Source: Pirellulales bacterium
Lineage (GTDB): Bacteria; Planctomycetota; Planctomycetia; Pirellulales; JAICIG01
NCBI GenBank assembly: GCA_040901675.1
Contig: JBBDYJ010000011.1
Span: 96,001-160,000 of the forward strand
Length of the DNA: 64,000 nucleotides
Direction of reading: 5' to 3'
The position numbers were made by a program, and so were the translations under genes. Shown here piece by piece: positions 49,167 to 57,595 of the stretch (position 1 is its first letter; each line of letters starts with the position of its first letter). The notes below the pieces were generated by a model, which saw only the letters and a program-made list of their open reading frames with translations, searched no databases and was not told where the DNA came from.

Positions 49167-49595
49167 TCACTCGTCGAGCTCGTCGAGCCAGCGCTCGATC
49201 CGCTCGTCGATCTGGTCGCGGACCGAGCGGAATTTTTCCAGCCGCTGCTGTTCGCTTCCCTGGGCGGCAGCCGGATCGTCAAACGGCCAGAACATCCTGT
49301 TCAACACGCCGGGCCAGACCGTGGGGCAGCTTCTGTCCGCGTCCTGGCAAACAACGATCAGGTGCCTGACCGGTATCTGCCCCAGCAGCTCCTTGACCCC
49401 CTTGGATCGCTGGCTACTGATGTCCAAGCCGATTTCGTTCAGCACGCGGGTCGTCAGGGGGTTGATCCCCTTGGGCTCGGTACCCGCGCTGTACACGTCG
49501 AACCGGTCGCCCGCGCGCTTCCGCAGCAGTGCTTCGCCCATCTGGCTGCGGGCCGAGTTGCCCGTGCACAGAAACAAAACGCCCGGTTTGCTCAT
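49167..49595 (-). CDS. arsC: Arsenate reductase, LMW-PTP fold
   Basis: FLCTGNSARSQM, SAGT, VVCQDADRSCP, FDDP, FRSVRD; downstream of arsM. Confidence 0.85.
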   Translation of the reverse strand: MSKPGVLFLCTGNSARSQMGEALLRKRAGDRFDVYSAGTEPKGINPLTTRVLNEIGLDISSQRSKGVKELLGQIPVRHLIVVCQDADRSCPTVWPGVLNRMFWPFDDPAAAQGSEQQRLEKFRSVRDQIDERIERWLDELDE

Positions 49596-49671
49596 GGCAT
49601 CGCCTCGTAGAACGGAATTTCATTCCGTTTCTTTACGTAATTCCGGAAGCCCGGCTGCACCACACGGACTG

Positions 49672-50571
49672 CTAGCGCGCACCCTTCAAAGCGAATACCC
49701 GCACGCTGGCCGCATAGTCGTTGATGTCGTACTTCTGCAACAGTTCCGCCAGGACCTGGTGTACCTCGGCATCCGCCGGCCCGGCATCCGCCAGCGAGCA
49801 GCAACTCGACACCGGCAAGAGCGGATCGGCCATGGCCGGCGAGCAACACCCCTCCTGGCCGGCTATCTGCGAGTAGGCATTCAGGTCCTTTTGGGCGTCC
49901 AGCACCTCAACTGCCTCAAAGCCGGCCTGCCGGAGCATCCGCTCGTATTCCTGGATGGCGATGGCTCCGGCGATGCAGCCCACGTAGGCCATCACGTCGC
50001 TGGCAATCTCTTCGGGCAGCGGCCGCTTCAGAGCAATGTCGCTCGCCGCCAACCGCCCGCCCGGCTTGAGCACGCGGTATATCTCGCGGAAGGCGACCGC
50101 CTTGTCCGGCACCAGGTTCAGCACGCAATTGCTGATCATGCAGTCGACTGTGCCGGACTCCAAAGGCAGCCGGTCGATCGTCGCCAGGTGAAACTCGACG
50201 TTGTCGAGCACCTGGCCCTGCACCGGCCGGCCCGCGTTGCGGCGGGCCAGCTCGATCATGTCCGGCGTCATGTCGATGCCAATCGATCTTCCTTGCGGGC
50301 CGACCTTCAACGCGGCCAGCAGCACGTCGAGCCCTCCCCCGCAGCCCAAATCGACCACGGTCTCCCCCGGACGCAGGCTGGCGAAGGCCGTCGGGTTCCC
50401 GCACGACAAACCCATGTTGGCCTCGGCCGGCAGCGACGCCAGCTCTTCGCGGCTGTAGCCGAAGGCCTCGGCGACCGAGCGCACGGCTGCCTGGTCGCCC
50501 GACAGGCCGCTGGCGGCCACTGCCGAATACTTGTTTCGCACCACGTCGACGATAGCGTCCGCCATTGCCAT
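49672..50571 (-). CDS. arsM: Arsenite S-adenosylmethionine methyltransferase
   Basis: [39 protein letters not shown]-terminal CC pairs. Confidence 0.9.
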   Translation of the reverse strand: MAMADAIVDVVRNKYSAVAASGLSGDQAAVRSVAEAFGYSREELASLPAEANMGLSCGNPTAFASLRPGETVVDLGCGGGLDVLLAALKVGPQGRSIGIDMTPDMIELARRNAGRPVQGQVLDNVEFHLATIDRLPLESGTVDCMISNCVLNLVPDKAVAFREIYRVLKPGGRLAASDIALKRPLPEEIASDVMAYVGCIAGAIAIQEYERMLRQAGFEAVEVLDAQKDLNAYSQIAGQEGCCSPAMADPLLPVSSCCSLADAGPADAEVHQVLAELLQKYDINDYAASVRVFALKGAR

Positions 50572-50751
50572 GTGCCTTTCTGATTCGCGTCGCCCGTGGA
50601 AATATACGAAAGCCCCCCGCGGCGGTCCAGCCAGCCGTTTATTGCGCGCAATTTCTCATCCATTCCAAACCTGGTCCTCACAGTCGCCGGCTAGCATGAG
50701 CAACGGATTGTCACCACCGATCGGGAAACCCTTGGCTTATGAGGCGGTTCG

Positions 50752-51471
50752 ATGCGCGTCACGCAACAGGAAGAGTTTCAATACCTTCCGATCGAGTGCC
50801 CTAAGTGCCGGCTGGAAGGCAAGGTCAAGATCCGGCGTCTCGATCGCACGTTTGCCTGCAAGAAGTGCAAAAGCGAGTTCTACGTCGCCCCCGACGGGGT
50901 GGTGTTGGGCGAGCGGCCGCCGGAGCCAGTCTACAACCCGTACCTGGTCGGCGCTCCCCAGCGGCGCTCGTGGCTGGTCAGACGCGTGGAGAGCCTGCCC
51001 CGGGCGGTATGGCTTTCGCTGGCAGGCCTGGCGGCCGTTGGGGCCGCCTCCGCCGCCGCCTGGCTGCTGCTGCAGGGCCCTGAAATTGAAGTACCCGAAT
51101 CGCTCGACGGCCGGGCTCGCTTCGTGGCCGAGGCGCTGGCGCGCGGCGACGAAGCACGGATCGTCATGGTGGCCGCTCCCGAGAGCCGCCGCCAGGCAAT
51201 CGAGTGGTGCCGCACACGCCGTCCCAATGCCTGGTCGACGCAGGTCGCCATCGATACCCCAATCGACGTCGGCGTGGAGACATTATTCAAGAGCTCCGGG
51301 ACCAAGGCGCCTGGGGGCGGCGCCGAGGCGGCTGTCGGCGACGCCGGGATCGTGGTCAGCATTCGGCCGGCCGGCGCCAAGCAGGCCGTCCAGCGCATGC
51401 TGTTTTGGGTGCAAGACGACGACCTGCAGTGGCTGCTGGACGGCAAGCGCACGCTCGAACAAGGCCGATGA
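50752..51471 (+). CDS. Hypothetical membrane protein with N-terminal zinc ribbon
   Basis: CPKC...CKKC, single TM helix, soluble C-terminal domain. Confidence 0.7.
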   Translation: MRVTQQEEFQYLPIECPKCRLEGKVKIRRLDRTFACKKCKSEFYVAPDGVVLGERPPEPVYNPYLVGAPQRRSWLVRRVESLPRAVWLSLAGLAAVGAASAAAWLLLQGPEIEVPESLDGRARFVAEALARGDEARIVMVAAPESRRQAIEWCRTRRPNAWSTQVAIDTPIDVGVETLFKSSGTKAPGGGAEAAVGDAGIVVSIRPAGAKQAVQRMLFWVQDDDLQWLLDGKRTLEQGR

Positions 51472-51510
51472 GCGCCTTCAGCGGCGCGGTGTCGCTCGTT
51501 TCGGGCTGCT

Positions 51511-51966
51511 TCAATTGCCCGATGTCCGCCGGTTCTCGTTTAGGCTGTTCTCCGCATCCCTGCTGCGCCTTTGGGCGTTCGCGGAGGTACGCGCCCGATT
51601 CCCTGGGCCCATGCGCAGGTCGAGGCACACGAGTTTCTCCTCGTCTCGGAGGTATAGCCGTCCGCGGGAAAGCGCCGGCGATGCATAGCAAGGGCCTCTC
51701 AGCAATGGTTCCGGCGTCGAGGAAGCCAGCCTGGCCTCTTGCGGGTTGATTTCCACGCAGGCCAGATGGCCTGGTTCCGTGAGCATGATGAATCGGCCCT
51801 CGGCGGCCACAAACGGCGCCGCCCGGCCAAACTCGCCCTCCATTTTCCAACGCAGTTCGCCGGAGCGGATGTCGAGGCAGCGAAACGTCCGGTCGCTGCT
51901 CGAGAAGCCGTAGAGGTGGCCGTCAATCACCGCCATGTTGGCATACTGACTGCCCAGCACTGCAAG
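51511..51966 (-). pseudogene. C-terminal fragment of a PQQ-like/BamB beta-propeller protein
   Basis: DGHLYG...RCLDIRSGELRW...YASPALSRGRLYLRDEEKLVCLDL matches the end of such proteins; only ~150 codons, and there is no room for the N-terminus before the divergent gene. Confidence 0.6.
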
Positions 51967-52137
51967 CGACAAAGGACTTCCCTGACGGATTCCTAACACG
52001 ATTCTCATCATCGGCGCATCAAATCCTAAGAATCGCCTGCCACAATCCGGCAGGTCACCGGCGCGGGCGAATGCGAAAACGCGTGGGCCCGTACCGGCGG
52101 CAACAGAAAACAACCTGTTCAACAAAAGGGGGCGCAG

Positions 52138-53307
52138 ATGACAGGTGCATGCCTTACCGCCAGAACGGCCCGACCCGCCGCCACGCCGCCAGTCATCGGT
52201 CGCGGGGCCTTCACCCTCGTGGAGTTGCTGGTCGTCATCTCGGTCATCGGAGTTCTGGTGGCCATCCTGATGCCCGTCTTGGCTCGTGCCCGTGAGTCGG
52301 CCCGCGACAACGTCTGCAAGAGCAACCTGCGGCAGTTCGGCATCGGTCTGACGGCGCACGCCGAATCCCGCGGCCTGCTCTGCTCGGGTGCCTTCGATTG
52401 GCGGCGCGACGGCTGTGCCACCGAGGTCGGCTGGGTGGCCGACCTGGTCAACCGAGGCACCAAGGTCGGCGATATGCTCTGCCCGGCCAATAGCGTCAAG
52501 CTGAGCGAGACGTACAACGACTTGTTGAATCTCGACCCCAGCTTCGATGCCTGCGTCGACCGCCTGGGCAGCCCGGCCGGCGTCTATCCGGACGGCACGC
52601 CCAAGATCAACGCCTGCCGCCAGATCGCCGGCATGGCCCCCGGTGAGCCGCGCCGCCAGATCGTCGAGACGTTGATCTTCGAAAAGGGGTTCAACACCAA
52701 CTACACGGCCGGCTGGTTTCTGGTCCGCGGCGGCGTGCGCCTCGATAGCAACGGCAACCTGAAGGGACAGCCTGGTTGCCCCGTCTCGCTCAAGGAGCGC
52801 ACCTCGACGCTCGGCCCGCTGCACACCGCGCGGATCGGCGGCATCGCGGCGGCCTCGACCTCCCAGGTGCCGCTGTTGGGCTGCGCCCAGGCAGTCAACG
52901 CGGCCGAGGGGACTCTCTCGTTCGACGTCGGGCCCTACCCGGCGGGCTCGCGGTTAGCCGCCTCGTTCACCGCAGGGCCGGTGCTCAACACGACCATGCA
53001 AGCGCCCGTCTTTCCGCCCGGCACGACCTATGAGGGGCCGGCGGGTTGGTGGGCCGGCTGGAAGAAGACTTTGCAGGACTACCGCAGCTTCGGCCCCGCG
53101 CACGGCCGGAGCGCGAATGTTCTGTTCGCCGACGGCAGCGTTCGATCGTTCGCCGATGCAAACGGCGACGGCTTTTTGAACAACGGCTTCGATCCGGCCG
53201 CCACCGCCTTAAGAATCGGCTACACCGATGCGGAGCTGGAAGTGAAAGCCAACGATTTCTTCAGCGGCTGGTCGTTGAACCCGGAACAGGTCAAGGCAGA
53301 ACCTTGA
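52138..53307 (+). CDS. DUF1559 prepilin-type N-terminal cleavage/methylation protein with H-X9-DG motif
   Basis: [30 protein letters not shown]...C.SNLRQ; HGRSANVLFADGSV. Confidence 0.92.
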   Translation: MTGACLTARTARPAATPPVIGRGAFTLVELLVVISVIGVLVAILMPVLARARESARDNVCKSNLRQFGIGLTAHAESRGLLCSGAFDWRRDGCATEVGWVADLVNRGTKVGDMLCPANSVKLSETYNDLLNLDPSFDACVDRLGSPAGVYPDGTPKINACRQIAGMAPGEPRRQIVETLIFEKGFNTNYTAGWFLVRGGVRLDSNGNLKGQPGCPVSLKERTSTLGPLHTARIGGIAAASTSQVPLLGCAQAVNAAEGTLSFDVGPYPAGSRLAASFTAGPVLNTTMQAPVFPPGTTYEGPAGWWAGWKKTLQDYRSFGPAHGRSANVLFADGSVRSFADANGDGFLNNGFDPAATALRIGYTDAELEVKANDFFSGWSLNPEQVKAEP

Positions 53308-53563
53308 GATTCACGCAATCCTTATCGTGCACTCATCAGCGTCTCGCATGGGCGCGTTAGAAGAAAGCGCCCTCGGACCAATCCAGTCGTACCACGCCAC
53401 ACGGAAAACAGGAAAGGAGCAGCCCATAGCGAATCGATAGGACAACGGATGTCGCCAAGCTGTGCGACCGAGACAACCCGCAGTGCGGCCAGCTTGTGCT
53501 CGAAGGGGGCCGCGAACGTGAAGAGCGAGTCACTGACCCATTTTTTTCCAAGAGAGAGAACCG

Positions 53564-54805
53564 ATGAAAAAAAGGACCGTCCGTCGCGCGGCGCCCAAGC
53601 GCCGCGGTTTCACCTTGGTGGAGTTGCTGGTGGTGATCACCGTCATCGCCATCCTCGTGGCCATCTTGATGCCCGCCTTGGCCGCGGCCCGCGAAGCGGC
53701 CCGCAGCACCACCTGCAAGAGCAACCTGCGGCAGTTCTACCTCGGCCTGCAGATTCATGCCGACAAGGATCCGCTCGGCCGGTTTACTTCCGGCGCCTTC
53801 GACGGCGGCCGCGACGGCTGCCTCGACACCGTCGGCTGGGTGGCCGACCTCGTCAACACGGGAGTCTGCAAGCCTCAGGAATTGTTGTGCCCGTCGAATT
53901 CCGCCAAGGGCTCCGAAAAAGTCAACGACTACCTGGGCACCACGACTATCGCCCCGGGCGAAGGTGGCGACCCGAACCTCGTGCAGAACGTGGGCGCTTG
54001 CCCCCTGATCTTCTCCGATCCCGGCCCTGGCCGCCCGGCCCTGATCGTCCAGCACTTCCTGGAAAAGGGTTACGGGACGAACTACATGACCACCTGGCAT
54101 CTGTCGCGCGGCGGCGTCAAGCTGAGCAGCGTCGGCACGCCTCCCGATGTCAGCCTCGTGTTCGTTGCCGGAACGAAGCAGAAGGGTCGTGCGGGGACGA
54201 CCGGTCCGTTGACCCGCTCGACGACCGATACCTCGGCGCATAGCTCGTCGGTGGTCGCCATCATGGGCGACTCGAACTTCGGCGATGTGAAAGAGGCGAT
54301 CCTCAAGGCCGACTTGCCCGGCTTCATGCCGGCGGGCCACCGCTTGACGGAGTCGTTCAACGATGGCCCCTGCTATCGCGTGGCCGAGGTCAACAAGCTG
54401 ACCGCCTGGCAGACCGCCACCGGCGACACCGAGGTGTACGTCGTCACCGGCGGCGTCGTGACGGCCAACATCTTCCTGGAAGAACAAGGCACGAGCACGG
54501 TACCCAAGATGAATCCATTGAACCACATGCAGGACTGGCGCGACATCGGTCCGATCCATGGCAGCGGCAAGGGCGGCTCGGCCAACATGCTGTTCGCCGA
54601 CGGGAGCGTGAAGAGCTTCACCGACCAGAATGCCGATGGTTATCTCAACCCGGGCTTCGACATCCACACCAACAACCCGCCCGGACCCACGACCGACTAC
54701 TCCGGCACCGGTTATACCGACAACCTGCAGGAGCTGCCCTCAGCAGAGATCTTCAACGGCATCTTTCTGGAGAAAATGTCGTCGAAGGACAACCTCGACA
54801 TCTAG
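53564..54805 (+). CDS. DUF1559 prepilin-type protein (paralog of the upstream gene)
   Basis: [30 protein letters not shown]...CKSNLRQ; H...[10 protein letters not shown]. Confidence 0.92.
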   Translation: MKKRTVRRAAPKRRGFTLVELLVVITVIAILVAILMPALAAAREAARSTTCKSNLRQFYLGLQIHADKDPLGRFTSGAFDGGRDGCLDTVGWVADLVNTGVCKPQELLCPSNSAKGSEKVNDYLGTTTIAPGEGGDPNLVQNVGACPLIFSDPGPGRPALIVQHFLEKGYGTNYMTTWHLSRGGVKLSSVGTPPDVSLVFVAGTKQKGRAGTTGPLTRSTTDTSAHSSSVVAIMGDSNFGDVKEAILKADLPGFMPAGHRLTESFNDGPCYRVAEVNKLTAWQTATGDTEVYVVTGGVVTANIFLEEQGTSTVPKMNPLNHMQDWRDIGPIHGSGKGGSANMLFADGSVKSFTDQNADGYLNPGFDIHTNNPPGPTTDYSGTGYTDNLQELPSAEIFNGIFLEKMSSKDNLDI

Positions 54806-54937
54806 TGTCGGCAACTATTGTCGGCCAGCCGGCGCGTGCCGGCCTGGCCCGGGGCAGAAAAACCGATGCGTTCTGCCGTCCCGGAGCAAGCTCGGCTTGC
54901 TCCGGGACGGGCCTTTTTCCAAAAGGGAGGCAATCCT

Positions 54938-56125
54938 GTGAGAATTATCGTGGGCGTCGTCGCCGTCCTACTCGTGGCGGCCGGCTGGCTGGCGGTACGC
55001 CAGGTCCAAGGCATTGCCCCTGACCTTGCCGCCGCGTCGCGGTCGGACGATTCTGCGCTTGACTCCGTCGACCGGACGCCTGCAACTACCGAGACGCCCA
55101 GACCCTCCGAACCGGAAGTGGTTCCCCGGCCCAAGCTCGTGGTCGATTACGACGAGTTCGATTTCGGCGTGATGAACGTGGGCCAGTCGGGCCGGCATAC
55201 CTTTACGGTGCGCAACGCCGGCAACGCCGACCTCGTGCTGCACGAGGCGGGCACCACCTGCAAGTGTACGCTGGTCGATATGCCCGGCGGACGCATCAAG
55301 CCGGGCGAAGAGCGGCAGGTGCGGCTGGAATGGACCACCGAAAAACCGACCGAGCATTTTCGTCACGGCGCCGGTATATGGACGAATGACCCAAAGATCC
55401 GGCAACTCAAGCTGGTGCTGACCGGCAAGGTCCGCGCTTTCCTCAGTTCCTCGGCCGATAGCGTGGTGTTCCCCGACGTCGCCGCCGGCGAGTGGCGGAC
55501 GCAGCGGATCACCGTCTTTTCACAGCACTGGAAGCGGTTCAACGTCACCTCGGTCGAGTCGTCGCTGCCCAACCTCACCTGGCGCATCGAGCCGGCGGAC
55601 GCCGACACCCTCGCCCAGTTGGAGGCGACCAGCGGCTACACCTTGGAGTTGAAGCTCGATCCCGATCTGCCGCGGGGAGGTTTCGGAGGGCGGCTGCGCA
55701 TCGCCACCGAAACCGATGAGCTGGGCCTCGAAAAGCTGCCCGACCCCCTGGAATTGCCTGTCCAGGGCAACCGGCTGGGCAACTATTCGTTCTACGGCAA
55801 GATCGTCCAGGAAGGAGTCTTCAAGCTGGGCCGCGTGGCCCAGCGCGACGGCATCCGCCACAAGGTATACATGTATGTCCGCGGTGCGACAGACAACTTC
55901 CAGGTCGAGCAGATCCGCACCACGCCCGATTTCCTCCACGTCCGGCTGGTCAAAGACGACTCGGTCGCCACCAAGCGCCAGCGTTATCGGATGGAGATCG
56001 AAGTGCCCCCCGGAGCTCCACTGGTCGACTACATGGCCCAGCGCTTCGGCCGGATCGAACTGGACACCAACCATCCCGACCTGTCCCACGTCGAGCTGAC
56101 CGTGCAGTTCGCCGTGCACCCTTGA
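54938..56125 (+). CDS. DUF1573 Ig-like domain protein
   Basis: GGGAGG RBS + GTG; FDFG..HTFTVRNAG..TTCKCT...IKPGE, TNDP. Confidence 0.85.
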   Translation: MRIIVGVVAVLLVAAGWLAVRQVQGIAPDLAAASRSDDSALDSVDRTPATTETPRPSEPEVVPRPKLVVDYDEFDFGVMNVGQSGRHTFTVRNAGNADLVLHEAGTTCKCTLVDMPGGRIKPGEERQVRLEWTTEKPTEHFRHGAGIWTNDPKIRQLKLVLTGKVRAFLSSSADSVVFPDVAAGEWRTQRITVFSQHWKRFNVTSVESSLPNLTWRIEPADADTLAQLEATSGYTLELKLDPDLPRGGFGGRLRIATETDELGLEKLPDPLELPVQGNRLGNYSFYGKIVQEGVFKLGRVAQRDGIRHKVYMYVRGATDNFQVEQIRTTPDFLHVRLVKDDSVATKRQRYRMEIEVPPGAPLVDYMAQRFGRIELDTNHPDLSHVELTVQFAVHP

Positions 56126-56322
56126 TCATCCGTTGCTAGCCTGGTTTCCGATCCGCTCCTGACGCCCTCCCCGGCCCTCGCCCGACCGGCTGGCAGGCCG
56201 GCAAACCTCGGCAGTTCCGGCCGGCTTCTGCCTTCATTGGCTTCTGCCTTCGGGCCGCTTAAGGTACTGGACGCACAAGGCGAAACTCTCTACTTTGCTC
56301 CGGCAGGCCGGGAGAGACCCGA

Positions 56323-56709
56323 ATGTCCAGTTCGCACGGACCGGAGGGATTCGAAAACCGCGTGATCGCGCTGGTCGCCGAAGGAAGGACCCTCGAAGCG
56401 ATCAAGCTCTACCGCGAGGCCACCGGCGTGGGCCTCAAGGAAGCCAAGGACTTCGTCGAGGCCCTGGCCGCGACGAATCGTGCACTCCCCGTCCAAGCCC
56501 AGGCAGTCGACGAGCGGGTGCTGCAACTGCTGACCGATCAGCGCAAGATCGAGGCGATCAAGGTCTATCGCCAAGCGACCGGGGTGGGGCTCAAGGAAGC
56601 CAAGGAGGCGGTCGAGGCCATCGCCCGCCTGAGGGGCATCGAGTCGAAGTCGGGATGTCTGACCATCTTGTTGTTCGCGGTCACCGCCCTGGTCGCGGCC
56701 GCGATTTAA
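56323..56709 (+). CDS. Tandem ribosomal L7/L12 C-terminal-like domains with C-terminal membrane anchor
   Basis: EAIKLYREATGVGLKEAKDFVE and EAIKVYRQATGVGLKEAKEAVE, then a hydrophobic tail SGCLTILLFAVTALVAAAI. Confidence 0.8.
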   Translation: MSSSHGPEGFENRVIALVAEGRTLEAIKLYREATGVGLKEAKDFVEALAATNRALPVQAQAVDERVLQLLTDQRKIEAIKVYRQATGVGLKEAKEAVEAIARLRGIESKSGCLTILLFAVTALVAAAI

Positions 56710-57012
56710 TAAGTTGCCTGGATCGCCCAACCGTCACAAAGTCAAACTTTTTCGGTATTGCGCAAAATTCTGTCCCATTTGCGCAAACTGGATCCTTTTC
56801 CCGCTGACTCTCTTGGGAGTCGCTGCTGCCAGGTTATGCTGGCAGCGCCACCCGGCCCGTTTTCCAACGACCGGCATCGCACGCCCAAATTGCCCAGCTT
56901 ATAATGACTTAGAGATATCGCGGATTGCCGGACTTGCGGATTTGTCAAGCACTTTTCCGGCAACGCCCAGAATAGTTGAGTACTTTTACGTCTTATGAGC
57001 GCTTAAAGGGCA

Positions 57013-57528
57013 ATGACCAACGATGCGGCGTCCACCGGGTTTGACGTGGCCCGACTCGTCAAGGAGCATCAGACCGGTGTCTGGCGGTACTTGAGAGCTT
57101 TAGGTTGTGCACCCGCGCAAGCCGAGGACCTCACGCAAGAGACGTTTTTGCGGGTGCTGGAAAAGCCGTTTCAGGATTACAATCGCGCTGCCACGGCGGC
57201 CTACTTGCGGCAGGTCGCTCGAAATTTGTTCTTGACGAGTCAGCGGCGGGCAGCGCGGACGTTGGTCGTGGCCAACCTGGACGAGATCGAGGTCCTCTGG
57301 GCTCGTTGGACTGATCGGGACGGAGGTCAGGAGTTGGTGCAGGCCCTGGAGCGGTGTTTGGAGACACTGGCGGCCCGTGCCAGACAAGCGTTGGACCTGC
57401 GGTTCCGCGAGCGGTTGTCGCGCGCGGGCATCGCCGAAAAACTGGGAATGAGCGAGGCCGGGGCAAAAAACCTGATGCAACGAGCCAAACGGCACCTGCG
57501 GGCCTGTATCGAGCGAGCCATGCGATGA
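57013..57528 (+). CDS. ECF sigma factor
   Basis: QAEDLTQETF, AYLRQVARN, LERCLETL..RARQALDLRF, IAEKLG. Confidence 0.9.
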   Translation: MTNDAASTGFDVARLVKEHQTGVWRYLRALGCAPAQAEDLTQETFLRVLEKPFQDYNRAATAAYLRQVARNLFLTSQRRAARTLVVANLDEIEVLWARWTDRDGGQELVQALERCLETLAARARQALDLRFRERLSRAGIAEKLGMSEAGAKNLMQRAKRHLRACIERAMR

Positions 57529-57595
57529 GAACTTCCAACGTGCCGGGCCTCTTTGCATAACGACCCCCGGCACAGCTCCTGGCGGGGATGCTGGC

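Noticed and set aside
51967..52824. 437-aa minus-strand ORF as a full-length beta-propeller
   Set aside because: Its upstream two-thirds is antisense to the DUF1559 gene and shows no propeller motifs
56323..56709. Annotation as rplL (true ribosomal L7/L12)
   Set aside because: No N-terminal dimerisation domain, has a TM tail, and is not in an rplJ/rpoB context
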